This document shows, piece by piece, positions 16,455 to 26,378 of a stretch of DNA of 27,944 nucleotides. The stretch spans positions 1 through 27,944 of IMG/VR virus record IMGVR_UViG_3300016476_000735; one strand, 5' to 3'. The position numbers were made by a program, and so were the translations under genes. The notes beneath the pieces were generated by a model. It saw nothing but the letters and a program-made list of their open reading frames with translations. It was not told the DNA's origin and did not search any database. Origin of the DNA: a virus (Duplodnaviria; Caudoviricetes). Within the stretch, counting starts at the first letter, position 1, and each line of letters opens with the position of its first letter.

Positions 16455-16903
16455 TTCGTGTAGCCACTAGATCCGACTTAAACACAGTAGCACAATTGGT
16501 TATTGATTTTCTACAGCACACTAGCTATGACAATCATTTGGCCAGTGGTGTGGATGAAACACATATTAAAAAATTAATCTACGCAGTTTTGCAAATGGGT
16601 AAAATTTGGCTCTATGAAAATAATAGTGTAGCAGTAGGTTTGTTAATTGCAGTTAAAGAACAAAACTTATGGATGCCCAGCAAGACCAGTTTGCGTGAAC
16701 TTGTGTTTTATGTTAGAGAAGAACATCGTCGTGGACCAGCAGCCGGAAGATTATTTTTGGCTTTTTGCCATGAGGCCGAAACTCTGTTAAATAATGGAGA
16801 GATAGATGGATACCTAACTACTCGTATGGGTAGCACAGACAACTATAATTTAGAATCCAGAGGTTTTAGGTTAGTCGAAAATTTATATTTGAAGGATCGT
16901 TGA
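16451..16903 (+). CDS. GNAT-family acetyltransferase-like protein
   Basis: MIRVATRSD start; ELVFYVREEHRRGPAAGRL acetyl-CoA motif A; LESRGF. Confidence 0.75.
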   Translation: MIRVATRSDLNTVAQLVIDFLQHTSYDNHLASGVDETHIKKLIYAVLQMGKIWLYENNSVAVGLLIAVKEQNLWMPSKTSLRELVFYVREEHRRGPAAGRLFLAFCHEAETLLNNGEIDGYLTTRMGSTDNYNLESRGFRLVENLYLKDR

Positions 16904-16904
16904 T

Positions 16905-19643
16905 ATGCCAGCTTTTACCGCGATAGGTGCCTATGTAGCAACCTCAATTTTTGGTTTAGCCGCTGGAACTCTAGCAGCCGCAGTGGTTGGTGGTATTGTT
17001 GCCACCGGCGCGGCAATGTTGACTAGTCGATTGATTAATGGTAGTCCCGGCAGTGGTGATCAAGGTGCCGGCGCTGGCGCTAGCCAAGGCACTAGGATAC
17101 AATTAAGTCCCAGCACAGAAAATAAAATACCAGTCTTATATGGAGAAGCATACTGTAATCCAATTATCACAGATGCTTATCTAGACAATGAAAACAAGAC
17201 CATGACCTATGTTATGGTTATTGCAGAAACATGTAATGTTGCAGGCGCCGGTTACACAGTGGGAGATATCTACTGGAATGACATGCGTTTAGTATTTGGT
17301 AATGGCAGCGATCCAAGCCGCGCTACCAAAGGTGTCAAGTATGTGGATCAATTACCCAATCAAGGTGTAGCAGAAGACTTTGAAGACACACACTTTGATG
17401 ACCATGTCTACATTAATGTTTACGCAGGCAACACAAGTAGTGCAAAACAAATTTTTGGTAAAACACAAAACGCATGGGCTATTACACATTTAAGCAATCA
17501 CTGGGACAGCACATATCGTTATGAAGGTCTAATCACAGCCGTTGTGCAGGTTAACTATGATGCTGAAAAAGGCTTTACTGGATTACCAACACTGACATTC
17601 AAAGTTAAAAACAGCATAGACAATCCTGCGGCAGTTCTAGCAGATTACATGACCAGTGATCGTTATGGCGCAAATATTCCATTGGCCAATATCAACAGCG
17701 CCGCGCTAGCAGACTTTGAATCATTCTGTAATGAAAGCGGCCCTTACATAGACATCAATGGTGTTAGCACCACAGGCAAGCGTTATGTGATCAACGGCCT
17801 AATTGATACAAACAGAACATGTAAAGAAAACATTGATACTATTCTACTAAACAGTGGCGCATGGATGAGCTATGATGTAGGCCTAGGACAATGGCGTGTT
17901 ATTCCCAAGAAGGCCTTACCGGGCACAACTTGGAGTGGACCTTATCAAACAGGCACACCAACAGATCCCTTACCACAGATTATCTTTAATGATGATAATA
18001 TCATAAGCGGTATCCAAATTAGTTCTACTAGATTAGACAACCTATATAACTATGCAGACATTGATTACTTTGACAAGTATAACAAGGATCAGCGTGGCTA
18101 TGTTAAGATTGAAATTGACAGCGAACTAAGAAACTACAATGAGCCAGATAACGGCCTACGCTTGGCCTTAGACTTAACCAATAACAATGTGCAGGCAGAA
18201 CGCTTGGCCAATATTGAATTGAAACAAAGTCGTGATGATTTAGTTATTAACTTTACTGCCAGCCACTATGGACTACAGGCACAAAGTGGTGATGTTATCT
18301 CGGTATACAATACACTCTATGGATGGTGTGAACCTACATATCCCAACGGCAAGTATTTCCGTGTATTGGGCACAGTAGAACGCGAAGTCAACGAAGGCAC
18401 GCTAACACAAGAAATCCAAGCTCTAGAATACAACAGCGATGTCTACAGCAATGAGAATATCACAGAGTTTACTACCAGTGCTAACATCGGTATTATTCCT
18501 CGTAGCGGTAGTCCAAACATTCCTGCTCCTATTGTTACCATCGGCACTAGCAATCCCAACAGCGGTGTTCCTAGTTTTTCTATTAATGTGGAAATTCCCG
18601 GCAGTGGCGGTCCATATGATGAACTACAAATTTGGGTCGCAGAAGGCGATGACTGGGCTGGCACAGGCGGTGATGTTACATTTAAAGGACAGATATTCGG
18701 CACCATTTTGGATGTTATCCAATGGCAGGGTCCTAATGTTCTAAGAGCCAATGCAGAAACACCCGGCGTCTATACAGAGATTGCAGGGCAAAATGTTTTA
18801 GCCAATACTTATGTGCAGGCATTTGGTGCCACAGTTAGTCAGTATTATGGTAATGGTAAGACCGGACAATACACAATCAATCCAAGTCATCCCGCCAATA
18901 CCGGCATACGCACAATGTATGGTTACATCAAAGATTCTAAATTTACCGGCACAGTTAGTGGTAAAATATTAACAGTTACCACAGTGGCCAGTGGCACAAT
19001 TCAACTGCAAAGTTTGGTGCGTGAATTTGCAGATGTAATTAATGGCAGTCCAGCAAGTTTAAGCAACGACAGCGTAATCTTAAGACAGCTAACAGGCACC
19101 ACAGGTGGTGTGGGCACTTATGAATTAAGCAAGGCCAGCACAATAGCCACAGCTACAGAATTTATAACCAGCAAGCCCTATCCTGCAGAAAGTTCTTATA
19201 ATTATTACAAGAGTGTGTTTGCCAAGCCCGGCTTTAAGGGCTTGTTTGACCAGGGCGAAATTCGTGATGCAATCATTACAGGTTTACCTCCTAACAATGA
19301 AAACAAAAAATACTTTGTGCGTTGTCGTTTAGGTATTGGTAACGAATATGGACCACTAAGCGATATCGATGAAGTAGAGCTAGAAGCACCGACTGTTTAC
19401 TGGAATCCAGACAGTCAATCGGCGTTAAATATAAAAACAGAACTTGTTAAGATGGATTTTGGCAAGTTTACAATACCACGCAATGGATTGTGGATGATGC
19501 GAACAGCACAGCAATTAGATGGTGGTAGACTAGCTGAATACAACAGAGATTACTTCAATATGGATTTGGGTAATTTTAGTCAAGAAGATGAAATAACATC
19601 CGAAGATGATATTCAAGATTTTACATACGACCCTAACGATTAA
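16905..19643 (+). CDS. Tail tip / central fibre protein (lambda gpI-J-like)
   Basis: Hydrophobic N-terminus; IPVLYG, NPAAVLADYMTSDRYG and FNDDNIIS motifs; 912 aa. Confidence 0.85.
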   Translation: MPAFTAIGAYVATSIFGLAAGTLAAAVVGGIVATGAAMLTSRLINGSPGSGDQGAGAGASQGTRIQLSPSTENKIPVLYGEAYCNPIITDAYLDNENKTMTYVMVIAETCNVAGAGYTVGDIYWNDMRLVFGNGSDPSRATKGVKYVDQLPNQGVAEDFEDTHFDDHVYINVYAGNTSSAKQIFGKTQNAWAITHLSNHWDSTYRYEGLITAVVQVNYDAEKGFTGLPTLTFKVKNSIDNPAAVLADYMTSDRYGANIPLANINSAALADFESFCNESGPYIDINGVSTTGKRYVINGLIDTNRTCKENIDTILLNSGAWMSYDVGLGQWRVIPKKALPGTTWSGPYQTGTPTDPLPQIIFNDDNIISGIQISSTRLDNLYNYADIDYFDKYNKDQRGYVKIEIDSELRNYNEPDNGLRLALDLTNNNVQAERLANIELKQSRDDLVINFTASHYGLQAQSGDVISVYNTLYGWCEPTYPNGKYFRVLGTVEREVNEGTLTQEIQALEYNSDVYSNENITEFTTSANIGIIPRSGSPNIPAPIVTIGTSNPNSGVPSFSINVEIPGSGGPYDELQIWVAEGDDWAGTGGDVTFKGQIFGTILDVIQWQGPNVLRANAETPGVYTEIAGQNVLANTYVQAFGATVSQYYGNGKTGQYTINPSHPANTGIRTMYGYIKDSKFTGTVSGKILTVTTVASGTIQLQSLVREFADVINGSPASLSNDSVILRQLTGTTGGVGTYELSKASTIATATEFITSKPYPAESSYNYYKSVFAKPGFKGLFDQGEIRDAIITGLPPNNENKKYFVRCRLGIGNEYGPLSDIDEVELEAPTVYWNPDSQSALNIKTELVKMDFGKFTIPRNGLWMMRTAQQLDGGRLAEYNRDYFNMDLGNFSQEDEITSEDDIQDFTYDPND

Positions 19644-19669
19644 GTCGTATAACAGAAAAGGATAAAGAT

Positions 19670-22600
19670 ATGGCATTACAGATCCGTAGAGGAACTAACG
19701 CAGAACGATTAGGCATTACACTAGTAGAAGGTGAAATAGCTTATGTCACAGACTTTGAGTTAGTGACTATTGAAGTAACTAGCATAAATGTAAGCACAGA
19801 TACATTAACTACAACATTGAATCATGGCCTAAGTGTTAATGATCAAATTAAATTTATTGGCAACTCAGCAAATGGCCTAGTTGCAGGCACAGTATATTTT
19901 GTTAAAACTGTGCCCGACGCAAATAACTTTACTCTAAGTGCAACACAAGGTGGCGCAACTTTTAACATTACTGGCACAACCGGATCTGTAAGTTTAACAT
20001 TTGCAGTTGGTCCAACGGACGCACTGGGCACACCATATGGTTACACAATTAGCCCTGTATATGTAGGTGATGGAGTCACAGCAGGTGGTAATCCAGCTGG
20101 CGCCAGTGTGCTAGCAGATTTATATGATGTCGAAATTGGCGTATATGGTAATGTCGGCCAGTATGGCGAAGCATTAGATAATGGTCAATTCCTAGTATTC
20201 AATGAAGATACACTCAAGTGGGAAAATACAAATACTGTTAGCGTAACCGATGTAGCACAAACTCCAGAGTTTGTGCGCCAAACAACAGACAGCGCAGAAA
20301 CTACCACAACATTAAGAACAGCTTTAAGAATTGGTAAAACAATCACAGATGGATCTAATGAAGATAATGGTGGCCCTGCTATTCTTTTCCAAACTACAGG
20401 ATCAAACGGCACCAAGGGTGTGGTGCAAACAGGTGCCCAAGTTAACAGTTCCGGCAATCATGATTTTGTAGTTAGAGAAAGTAATGATGGATTTTCCACT
20501 GCTAATACATTAATAATCAGCAACCCTGTTCGAACAAGCATCAACGAGGGTGTGCTTTATGTAGACAAAACTAACAATAGAGTTGGTGTTAATAACACCA
20601 GTCCAACATATAGTTTGGATGTAGCAGGCAATGGCCGTTTTACACAAGGCGGAACATTTTCTAATACCACTGTTGGTGTAAGTGCAAGTGGCACTATTAC
20701 TACGCTTTCTGGTGATTTAACATTGGACAGCGCCAGCGGACAAACAACCATTAACACCAATGCTGTTGTTGCAGGTGACTTAACTGTTACAGGTAATGAT
20801 ATTAAGAAAAGCGGTGGCACAACTGTTATTACATTCAGTGGCACTAATTTAACTACACTAGCAGGCGACTTAACTGTAACTGGCAATACCATCCGCGGCA
20901 GCGCAGGTGCAGATGCTATCGAAATCAGCGGATCCGATATCAGCACAGGTGATATTACACTTAACGGTGGTGACATTCGCAGTAGTGGCGGCGCCGTTGC
21001 TATCACAGTAAGCAGTGGCAATGTCAGCATGCCGGGTAACCTAACAGTTAGCGGTGATTTAACTGTTAATGGCACAACAACTAACTTAGACACAGTTAAC
21101 CTTGTTATTGAAGATAACACAATTCTTCTTAACAAGAACGAAAGCGGCAGCGGTGTAACAGCAGGCTCTGCAGGTATTGAAATCGAACGCGGCACAGGCT
21201 CAAATGTCAGTTGGCTATGGAATGAAACAAACAAGTGGTGGTATCCAGAAGGCGATTTTGCTAACCAGACAGTCTGGGCAGGTAATTACCTAATTGCAGG
21301 AACAGGTTTAGCTACTAACGGCAATCTAATTATTTTTAACAACGAAGACAGCACAGATGCCAACTGTGATATCCAAGTCAAGCGTGGAACCGCAGAAACT
21401 TATGATGCATTTATTCGTTGGAATTCAACTGTAGACCGTTGGCAATTCAACAATGGTGATAATTTATTCCGCAATATGGTTATCAGCATTGATGATCTCA
21501 GCGATGTCACAATGAGCGGACCAAGCAAAGGTTCTTTGCTTTATCATAACGGCAGCGAATGGGTTAATGCAACTCGTCTAGAATTCAACACCAATGCGAA
21601 TAGACTGCAATTGGTTAATAATGTGACTGGCGGAAACTCTGCTTTAGAATTATTAAAGCGTGGTGGATCCACTATAGCAGATGGTGAAGCAGTTGGCCAA
21701 TTATTTGGTGCTATTACTACCGGCGATACAAAAACTCAAATGCACAGACTTTGGAGTGTGTATGATTCCAGTGGCAATCACGAATTCAAAATACAAAATG
21801 ACAGCACCAACAGCTTTGGTTCTGGCAGCACAACTGTATTAGATAGTCTAAGCATTAGCAAAGTTGCATCTTATCTGCAAAGTGATTACCAAACATTTAA
21901 CAGCGGTAGTGGCAACACTACATACCTAACATTAAATGGCGCCGGCAGTCAAGTGTTAACAGACTTTACTATTGGTAATGCCACTAGCGATAACTTAACT
22001 GTTAACAGTCAAGTAAACGGCAACATTACATTTAAAGCCACAGACACATGGACTGGTATTACCGGTGTTAACGGCACTAATGATGCATGGAAGATTGGTG
22101 GCTATGCCAGCGGCAGCAATGCAGGTGAATTAATTATTGCCACAGGCGATGATCAAAGTGAACCAATTGTATTCCGTCAATACAGTGGTAACTTTGACAC
22201 AGGCGGTTATCGTCAAACTGTTATCATGGACGCTAGCGGTAATGCTAATTTCTGCGGCGAGATTGATACTATAGGTGCTGTCACAGTTGGCGGAACATTA
22301 ACTGTAGAAGGCAGCGAAATTGTTCTTTATAACGACAGCGGTTTTAGAGTAGAGCGTGGCGCAACAGATGCAACATTTAAGTGGAACGAAGCCAATGACT
22401 TTTGGCAGACCAATTACAGCATATTTGCTAACGATGGTTTAATCTCCGGCAACTACCTAGCCACTAACGGCAATGACATTTACTTTAACAATGAGAATGG
22501 CACAGCTGGTGATGCTCGCATTACAGTCAAGCGTCCTAGTGGTGGTAATCCGCAGATTGTTTGGAGTCAAAGCAATGGTCGTTGGCAAACTACTGTTGAC

Positions 22601-22987
22601 AGTAGCACATACTTAAATATACCAAACCAAAACTTAGATACAAACAGCGATGTTAATTTTGCTGGTGTTACTATTGACAATCGTGCTACATTTAACACTG
22701 GCGCAGTTACAACTACCAGCACATCAGCATTTACTCTAGACGAAACAAATAGAAATGCTATCAAGTGTATGGTATATATTAGCAGTGGCACAGACAGCCA
22801 TGCAGTAGAAATACTAATCATGAGAACAGCCAGTTCTGCCATGATGACAACATATGGCGAAATGTATACAACAGCTCCGTTGGCTACATTTACAGCAGAT
22901 CAAAGTGGTGGCAACATAAGAATCCGTTGCACACCAGCAAGTGCTACTAGCACTACATTTAGCGTTGTAAGATACAGCCTAACCTAA
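19670..22987 (+). CDS. Long tail fibre / receptor-binding protein 1
   Basis: MALQIRRGT...EGE N-terminus (Mtd-N-like), GDLTVTGN repeats, AGIEIERG modules; 1105 aa. Confidence 0.8.
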   Translation: MALQIRRGTNAERLGITLVEGEIAYVTDFELVTIEVTSINVSTDTLTTTLNHGLSVNDQIKFIGNSANGLVAGTVYFVKTVPDANNFTLSATQGGATFNITGTTGSVSLTFAVGPTDALGTPYGYTISPVYVGDGVTAGGNPAGASVLADLYDVEIGVYGNVGQYGEALDNGQFLVFNEDTLKWENTNTVSVTDVAQTPEFVRQTTDSAETTTTLRTALRIGKTITDGSNEDNGGPAILFQTTGSNGTKGVVQTGAQVNSSGNHDFVVRESNDGFSTANTLIISNPVRTSINEGVLYVDKTNNRVGVNNTSPTYSLDVAGNGRFTQGGTFSNTTVGVSASGTITTLSGDLTLDSASGQTTINTNAVVAGDLTVTGNDIKKSGGTTVITFSGTNLTTLAGDLTVTGNTIRGSAGADAIEISGSDISTGDITLNGGDIRSSGGAVAITVSSGNVSMPGNLTVSGDLTVNGTTTNLDTVNLVIEDNTILLNKNESGSGVTAGSAGIEIERGTGSNVSWLWNETNKWWYPEGDFANQTVWAGNYLIAGTGLATNGNLIIFNNEDSTDANCDIQVKRGTAETYDAFIRWNSTVDRWQFNNGDNLFRNMVISIDDLSDVTMSGPSKGSLLYHNGSEWVNATRLEFNTNANRLQLVNNVTGGNSALELLKRGGSTIADGEAVGQLFGAITTGDTKTQMHRLWSVYDSSGNHEFKIQNDSTNSFGSGSTTVLDSLSISKVASYLQSDYQTFNSGSGNTTYLTLNGAGSQVLTDFTIGNATSDNLTVNSQVNGNITFKATDTWTGITGVNGTNDAWKIGGYASGSNAGELIIATGDDQSEPIVFRQYSGNFDTGGYRQTVIMDASGNANFCGEIDTIGAVTVGGTLTVEGSEIVLYNDSGFRVERGATDATFKWNEANDFWQTNYSIFANDGLISGNYLATNGNDIYFNNENGTAGDARITVKRPSGGNPQIVWSQSNGRWQTTVDSSTYLNIPNQNLDTNSDVNFAGVTIDNRATFNTGAVTTTSTSAFTLDETNRNAIKCMVYISSGTDSHAVEILIMRTASSAMMTTYGEMYTTAPLATFTADQSGGNIRIRCTPASATSTTFSVVRYSLT

Positions 22988-23007
22988 TCATAAGGATTGT
23001 GTGAATT

Positions 23008-25773
23008 ATGAGTAACGAAAAATTTAGAGTCAAATTTGGCTTACAAGTAGGCGATGACGCCGCAAGCATAGATACCAGCGGTAATCTTACAATGGCCGGA
23101 GATTTAACTGTCTCCGGTAATGAGATCAAAAGTAGCACTACAAATACTGCTATTACCCTAAATGATACCAGCGTGACTATTGCAGGTAACCTAACTGTGC
23201 AGGGAACAACAACCACAGTTAACAGTGAAACAGTAAACATTGCTGACAATATCATAACATTGAACAGCAATGTCACTGGCACACCAACAGAAAGCGCCGG
23301 TATTGAAGTTGAGCGTGGCACTGATCCTAACAGCTCAATAACATGGAATGAAATATCAGACAAATGGGAACAAAATCGTGGTGGCACTACTACAGTTATT
23401 CCTGTTAACACAACAGAATTAAATGAAGGCACGAATTTATACTATACAGATGCTAGAGCTCGTGGTGCGATTAGTGTCACCGATACTGGTGGTGATGGCA
23501 GTCTTGCTTATGATAATGGCACTGGTGTTATTACATATACTGGACCTAGTGCGACTGAAGTAAGAGCACACTTTACAGGCGGCACTGGAGTCACAATTAC
23601 TGATGGCGAAATAGCAATTGGACAAGCAGTAGCAACAACCAGCGATGTTACTTTTGATGATATCACTGCCACTGGCACAATTAAAAACGCAGGCAAAGGT
23701 ATCTATGCCGGTAGCAATAAAACATTCTCTACTGGTGATACCACAGATGTTTTCCGTTTTAGATCACCTACCGGCACAGATGATTATACAGCTATCACTG
23801 GTTTGTTAGCTTCTAACGCAGATAAAACAACTACATTAGGAGCAAGGCCCGGCGTAGCAATTCGTGGTTATGGACAAAATATTACAGGTGGCACAACTAC
23901 AACTGTTGCTAACCCTGGTATTCATTGCGAAACAACGAGAGGCACTCCGTCTAATCCAATTGCCACAGGTTCCAACGAAGCCTTAGGTATTCTAAACGGT
24001 TACGCACAAGCAGGCACTACGGCAGGATCACCATACTGGGTCAGCGAAAATTATCCTGTTCCACAAACGCAATTTGTTATGGCCACCGTTCAGGCACAAA
24101 GTGCTACGCCAAGTGCCAGTGCTACATTTACAGCAAACTTTACCACCGGCACTACAATGACTGTCACAGCAGTAAGTAGTGGCACAATAACACCCGGCCA
24201 TGAAATGCGTTATAACAGCGGTGGCTCTACAAGTTTTAGATCTACTAACACTTATGCTATCGCAAACCAAATTACCAGTGACCAGCCCGCAGTAGCAACA
24301 ACCACAGCAACTACAAATCAATTTCCCACAACTAAAATTATTGTAGCAGATGCCACAGGCATAGCAGTTGGACAATTAATCACTGGCACCGGCATCCCAG
24401 CTGGCACTTATGTTAGTTCTATCAGCGGCACAACTATTACACTGAGAACAGCTAACAACAGTCCTGCTTTAACAACTGCTAATTTAACCGGATCTACTGT
24501 AAACTTTTATACAGCAGGTGGCACTGGAACTTATACTATAAACGCCAGTCCATATACAAGTTCACAAACAGGTGTTAGTGCCAGCACTTATGCGGTGACA
24601 TTGGGAACGGTTGTTCTAACAAGAAGTCAACCTTCCAGCACAGCATTGACAGCACAAAGTCGTCCTACTACCAGCCAATATACAGGAACTACCAGTGCTT
24701 GGACAGCTCAATCAACATATACTACCAGTCACTTTGTTTGGAGCACTTGGCCCACAACGGTCACAGGCGGCACTAACAAAACATTAGGCTTCTTTGGTCC
24801 ACAGAACAGCGGCATCAATGCTGATAGAACTACTTTTAGTAGTTATAGCAATCCTGCGCAAAATGTCCAAATTAGTTTTCCAGAATTACAAAACGATCAA
24901 AATTTGCTGTTGAATATGAATATGAAGACCAGAAGTTCAACTACTTTTCCGGTCATCAACTTTACAAACCAACGCACACTAGATAATGTTAACTACACAG
25001 CAACACAGGTTGGAGACTCATTAGGTGCGTTTAAATTTAATGGTAATGCTTATACCGGAACAAGCTCAGGTGTTCCAGCTGGTCCGGCGGCACAGATTAG
25101 TTGTATAGCTACTGAAGATTGGAGCGGCACAGCCAACGGTGCTAAATTTACCTTTACTACTATCAAGCAAGGAACAACCGATGACTTGACCGTTATTGAA
25201 GGCAGCTCTAACCAAAGTTATTTCCGCACCGACGCACTAACCTTTCAAGATAGCAATTATCAATCGCTCAAAGGTAATGCTATCACATATAGCCGTAGCA
25301 TACTAAGTGTTCATAACCACTCTACTATCGCGCCGGCAGCAGTGGATACTGAATATACTATAACATTTGACGAAACACCACACGAAAGCAACAACATTAC
25401 TGTAGTCAGCAATAGCCAAATCACTTTTGCTACCAGTGGCGCACACCGTATGCGTTTTAGTGGACAAGCAGTAAACACAGGCTCAAGTGCCGCACATACC
25501 TATGTTTGGCTAAAGAAGAACGGCACAGACTTAGCAGACACAGCAAGAAAAGTTACGCTTCTAAAATCCAGTAGTGGTGACAGCCAGCAGTTGGTTGATT
25601 TGGAATGGATCATAAATCCTGCTAATGGTGATTATTACACATTACATTTTGCCAGTGATTCTACTAATGTAAGTTTAGAAGCAACCGCGGCAGGTGTGCC
25701 CAGTGGATTTACCAATACTAGCATACCAGCGGTGCCAAGTGCCACGCTAATCGTCATGCCAATAGGTGCTTAA
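23008..25773 (+). CDS. Long tail fibre / receptor-binding protein 2
   Basis: KFRVKFGL N-terminus, GNLTVQGTTT, AGIEVERG and EGTNLYYTDARAR; Thr-rich; C-terminal beta-sandwich; 921 aa. Confidence 0.8.
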   Translation: MSNEKFRVKFGLQVGDDAASIDTSGNLTMAGDLTVSGNEIKSSTTNTAITLNDTSVTIAGNLTVQGTTTTVNSETVNIADNIITLNSNVTGTPTESAGIEVERGTDPNSSITWNEISDKWEQNRGGTTTVIPVNTTELNEGTNLYYTDARARGAISVTDTGGDGSLAYDNGTGVITYTGPSATEVRAHFTGGTGVTITDGEIAIGQAVATTSDVTFDDITATGTIKNAGKGIYAGSNKTFSTGDTTDVFRFRSPTGTDDYTAITGLLASNADKTTTLGARPGVAIRGYGQNITGGTTTTVANPGIHCETTRGTPSNPIATGSNEALGILNGYAQAGTTAGSPYWVSENYPVPQTQFVMATVQAQSATPSASATFTANFTTGTTMTVTAVSSGTITPGHEMRYNSGGSTSFRSTNTYAIANQITSDQPAVATTTATTNQFPTTKIIVADATGIAVGQLITGTGIPAGTYVSSISGTTITLRTANNSPALTTANLTGSTVNFYTAGGTGTYTINASPYTSSQTGVSASTYAVTLGTVVLTRSQPSSTALTAQSRPTTSQYTGTTSAWTAQSTYTTSHFVWSTWPTTVTGGTNKTLGFFGPQNSGINADRTTFSSYSNPAQNVQISFPELQNDQNLLLNMNMKTRSSTTFPVINFTNQRTLDNVNYTATQVGDSLGAFKFNGNAYTGTSSGVPAGPAAQISCIATEDWSGTANGAKFTFTTIKQGTTDDLTVIEGSSNQSYFRTDALTFQDSNYQSLKGNAITYSRSILSVHNHSTIAPAAVDTEYTITFDETPHESNNITVVSNSQITFATSGAHRMRFSGQAVNTGSSAAHTYVWLKKNGTDLADTARKVTLLKSSSGDSQQLVDLEWIINPANGDYYTLHFASDSTNVSLEATAAGVPSGFTNTSIPAVPSATLIVMPIGA

Positions 25774-25776
25774 ATA
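25771..25776 (+). promoter_or_regulatory. T4-like late promoter core TAAATA
   Basis: Overlaps the fibre stop; upstream of the small-gene cluster; followed by hairpin GGCCAATTG/CAATTGGCC (25796-25828). Confidence 0.55.
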
Positions 25777-25917
25777 ATGCAGTTATACATTATCGGGCCA
25801 ATTGTTTTCCAGATGATTGCAATTGGCCTTATATTAGAAACATTAGGAGTAGACTATGAGAAACTTACCAACCCGGGGCAGCAGAACCAAAACCAACAGG
25901 GGCAAGAAGCCGCCTAA
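25777..25917 (+). CDS. Possible 46-aa membrane peptide
   Basis: MQLYIIGPIVFQMIAIGLILETLGVDYEKLTNPGQQNQNQQGQEAA; AGGTG upstream; overlaps 25856..25927 in another frame. Confidence 0.35.
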   Translation: MQLYIIGPIVFQMIAIGLILETLGVDYEKLTNPGQQNQNQQGQEAA

Positions 25918-25927
25918 AAAGTATTGA
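25856..25927 (+). CDS. 23-aa highly basic peptide
   Basis: MRNLPTRGSRTKTNRGKKPPKKY; AGGAG RBS 6 nt upstream. Confidence 0.6.
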   Translation: MRNLPTRGSRTKTNRGKKPPKKY

Positions 25928-25936
25928 GGTATTTTT

Positions 25937-26083
25937 ATGCCAGTTCACAAGGTAACTAAAGATGGAAAAACAGGATATAAATGGGGCACTAGTGGAAAAG
26001 CCTACTTCGGTAAAGACGCCAAGGAAAAGGCGCAACAGCAAGCTAGGGCAATTTACGCTAGTGGATATCGAAAGAAAAAGTGA
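25937..26083 (+). CDS. 48-aa conserved basic phage protein (absent from ORF track)
   Basis: MPVHKVTKDGKTGYKWGTSGKAYFGKDAKEKAQQQARAIYASGYRKKK; GAGGT RBS; MPV..V..GY.WG.SGK.Y...A..Q.RAIYASG pattern recognised from phage genomes. Confidence 0.8.
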   Translation: MPVHKVTKDGKTGYKWGTSGKAYFGKDAKEKAQQQARAIYASGYRKKK

Positions 26084-26084
26084 T

Positions 26085-26357
26085 ATGAGTCAAGAGGAAC
26101 GAGATTTGGCCACGCATGTAGAAATATGCGCCCTACGCTATAAAGGCATTGAGGAGAAGTTTGATGGGATTGAGAAACGACTCACTAAGGTGGAGACTGA
26201 TATCTCTACTATTAAAAACACAATGCAATCAGGGTTCAGTGATATTAAGATCCTTTTGGAAAAGCAAAGCAACGCCAGATTCATTCAAATGACTGCAACA
26301 TTTGGCACCATTGCGGCAGCTATTATAGGTGTTATAGGCTACATCATTACTCACTGA
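26085..26357 (+). CDS. Coiled-coil protein with C-terminal TM helix (holin/XhlA-like)
   Basis: True start probably ATG 26085 (MSQEERDLATHVEICALRY); HVEICA.RY motif, heptads, terminal hydrophobic helix. Confidence 0.65.
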   Translation: MSQEERDLATHVEICALRYKGIEEKFDGIEKRLTKVETDISTIKNTMQSGFSDIKILLEKQSNARFIQMTATFGTIAAAIIGVIGYIITH

Positions 26358-26367
26358 TTCGGGCCCT

Positions 26368-26373
26368 TAAATA
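26368..26373 (+). promoter_or_regulatory. T4-like late promoter core TAAATA, predicted leaderless transcript
   Basis: Intergenic; 5 nt separate the motif from ATG 26379; no SD. Confidence 0.55.
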
Positions 26374-26378
26374 CGGCT

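Noticed and set aside
20760-23340. Repeats within and between fibre genes as a diversity-generating retroelement TR/VR pair
   Set aside because: Similarity is at protein level, differences are not adenine-specific, and no reverse transcriptase is present
12082-24375. Many minus-strand ORFs opposite TMP, tip and fibre genes
   Set aside because: Antisense shadows of biased Ala/Thr/Gly-rich coding sequence; no RBS or motifs
25962-26084. N-terminal extension of ORF 25962..26357
   Set aside because: Overlaps a better-supported 48-aa gene in another frame; ATG 26085 is the likelier start
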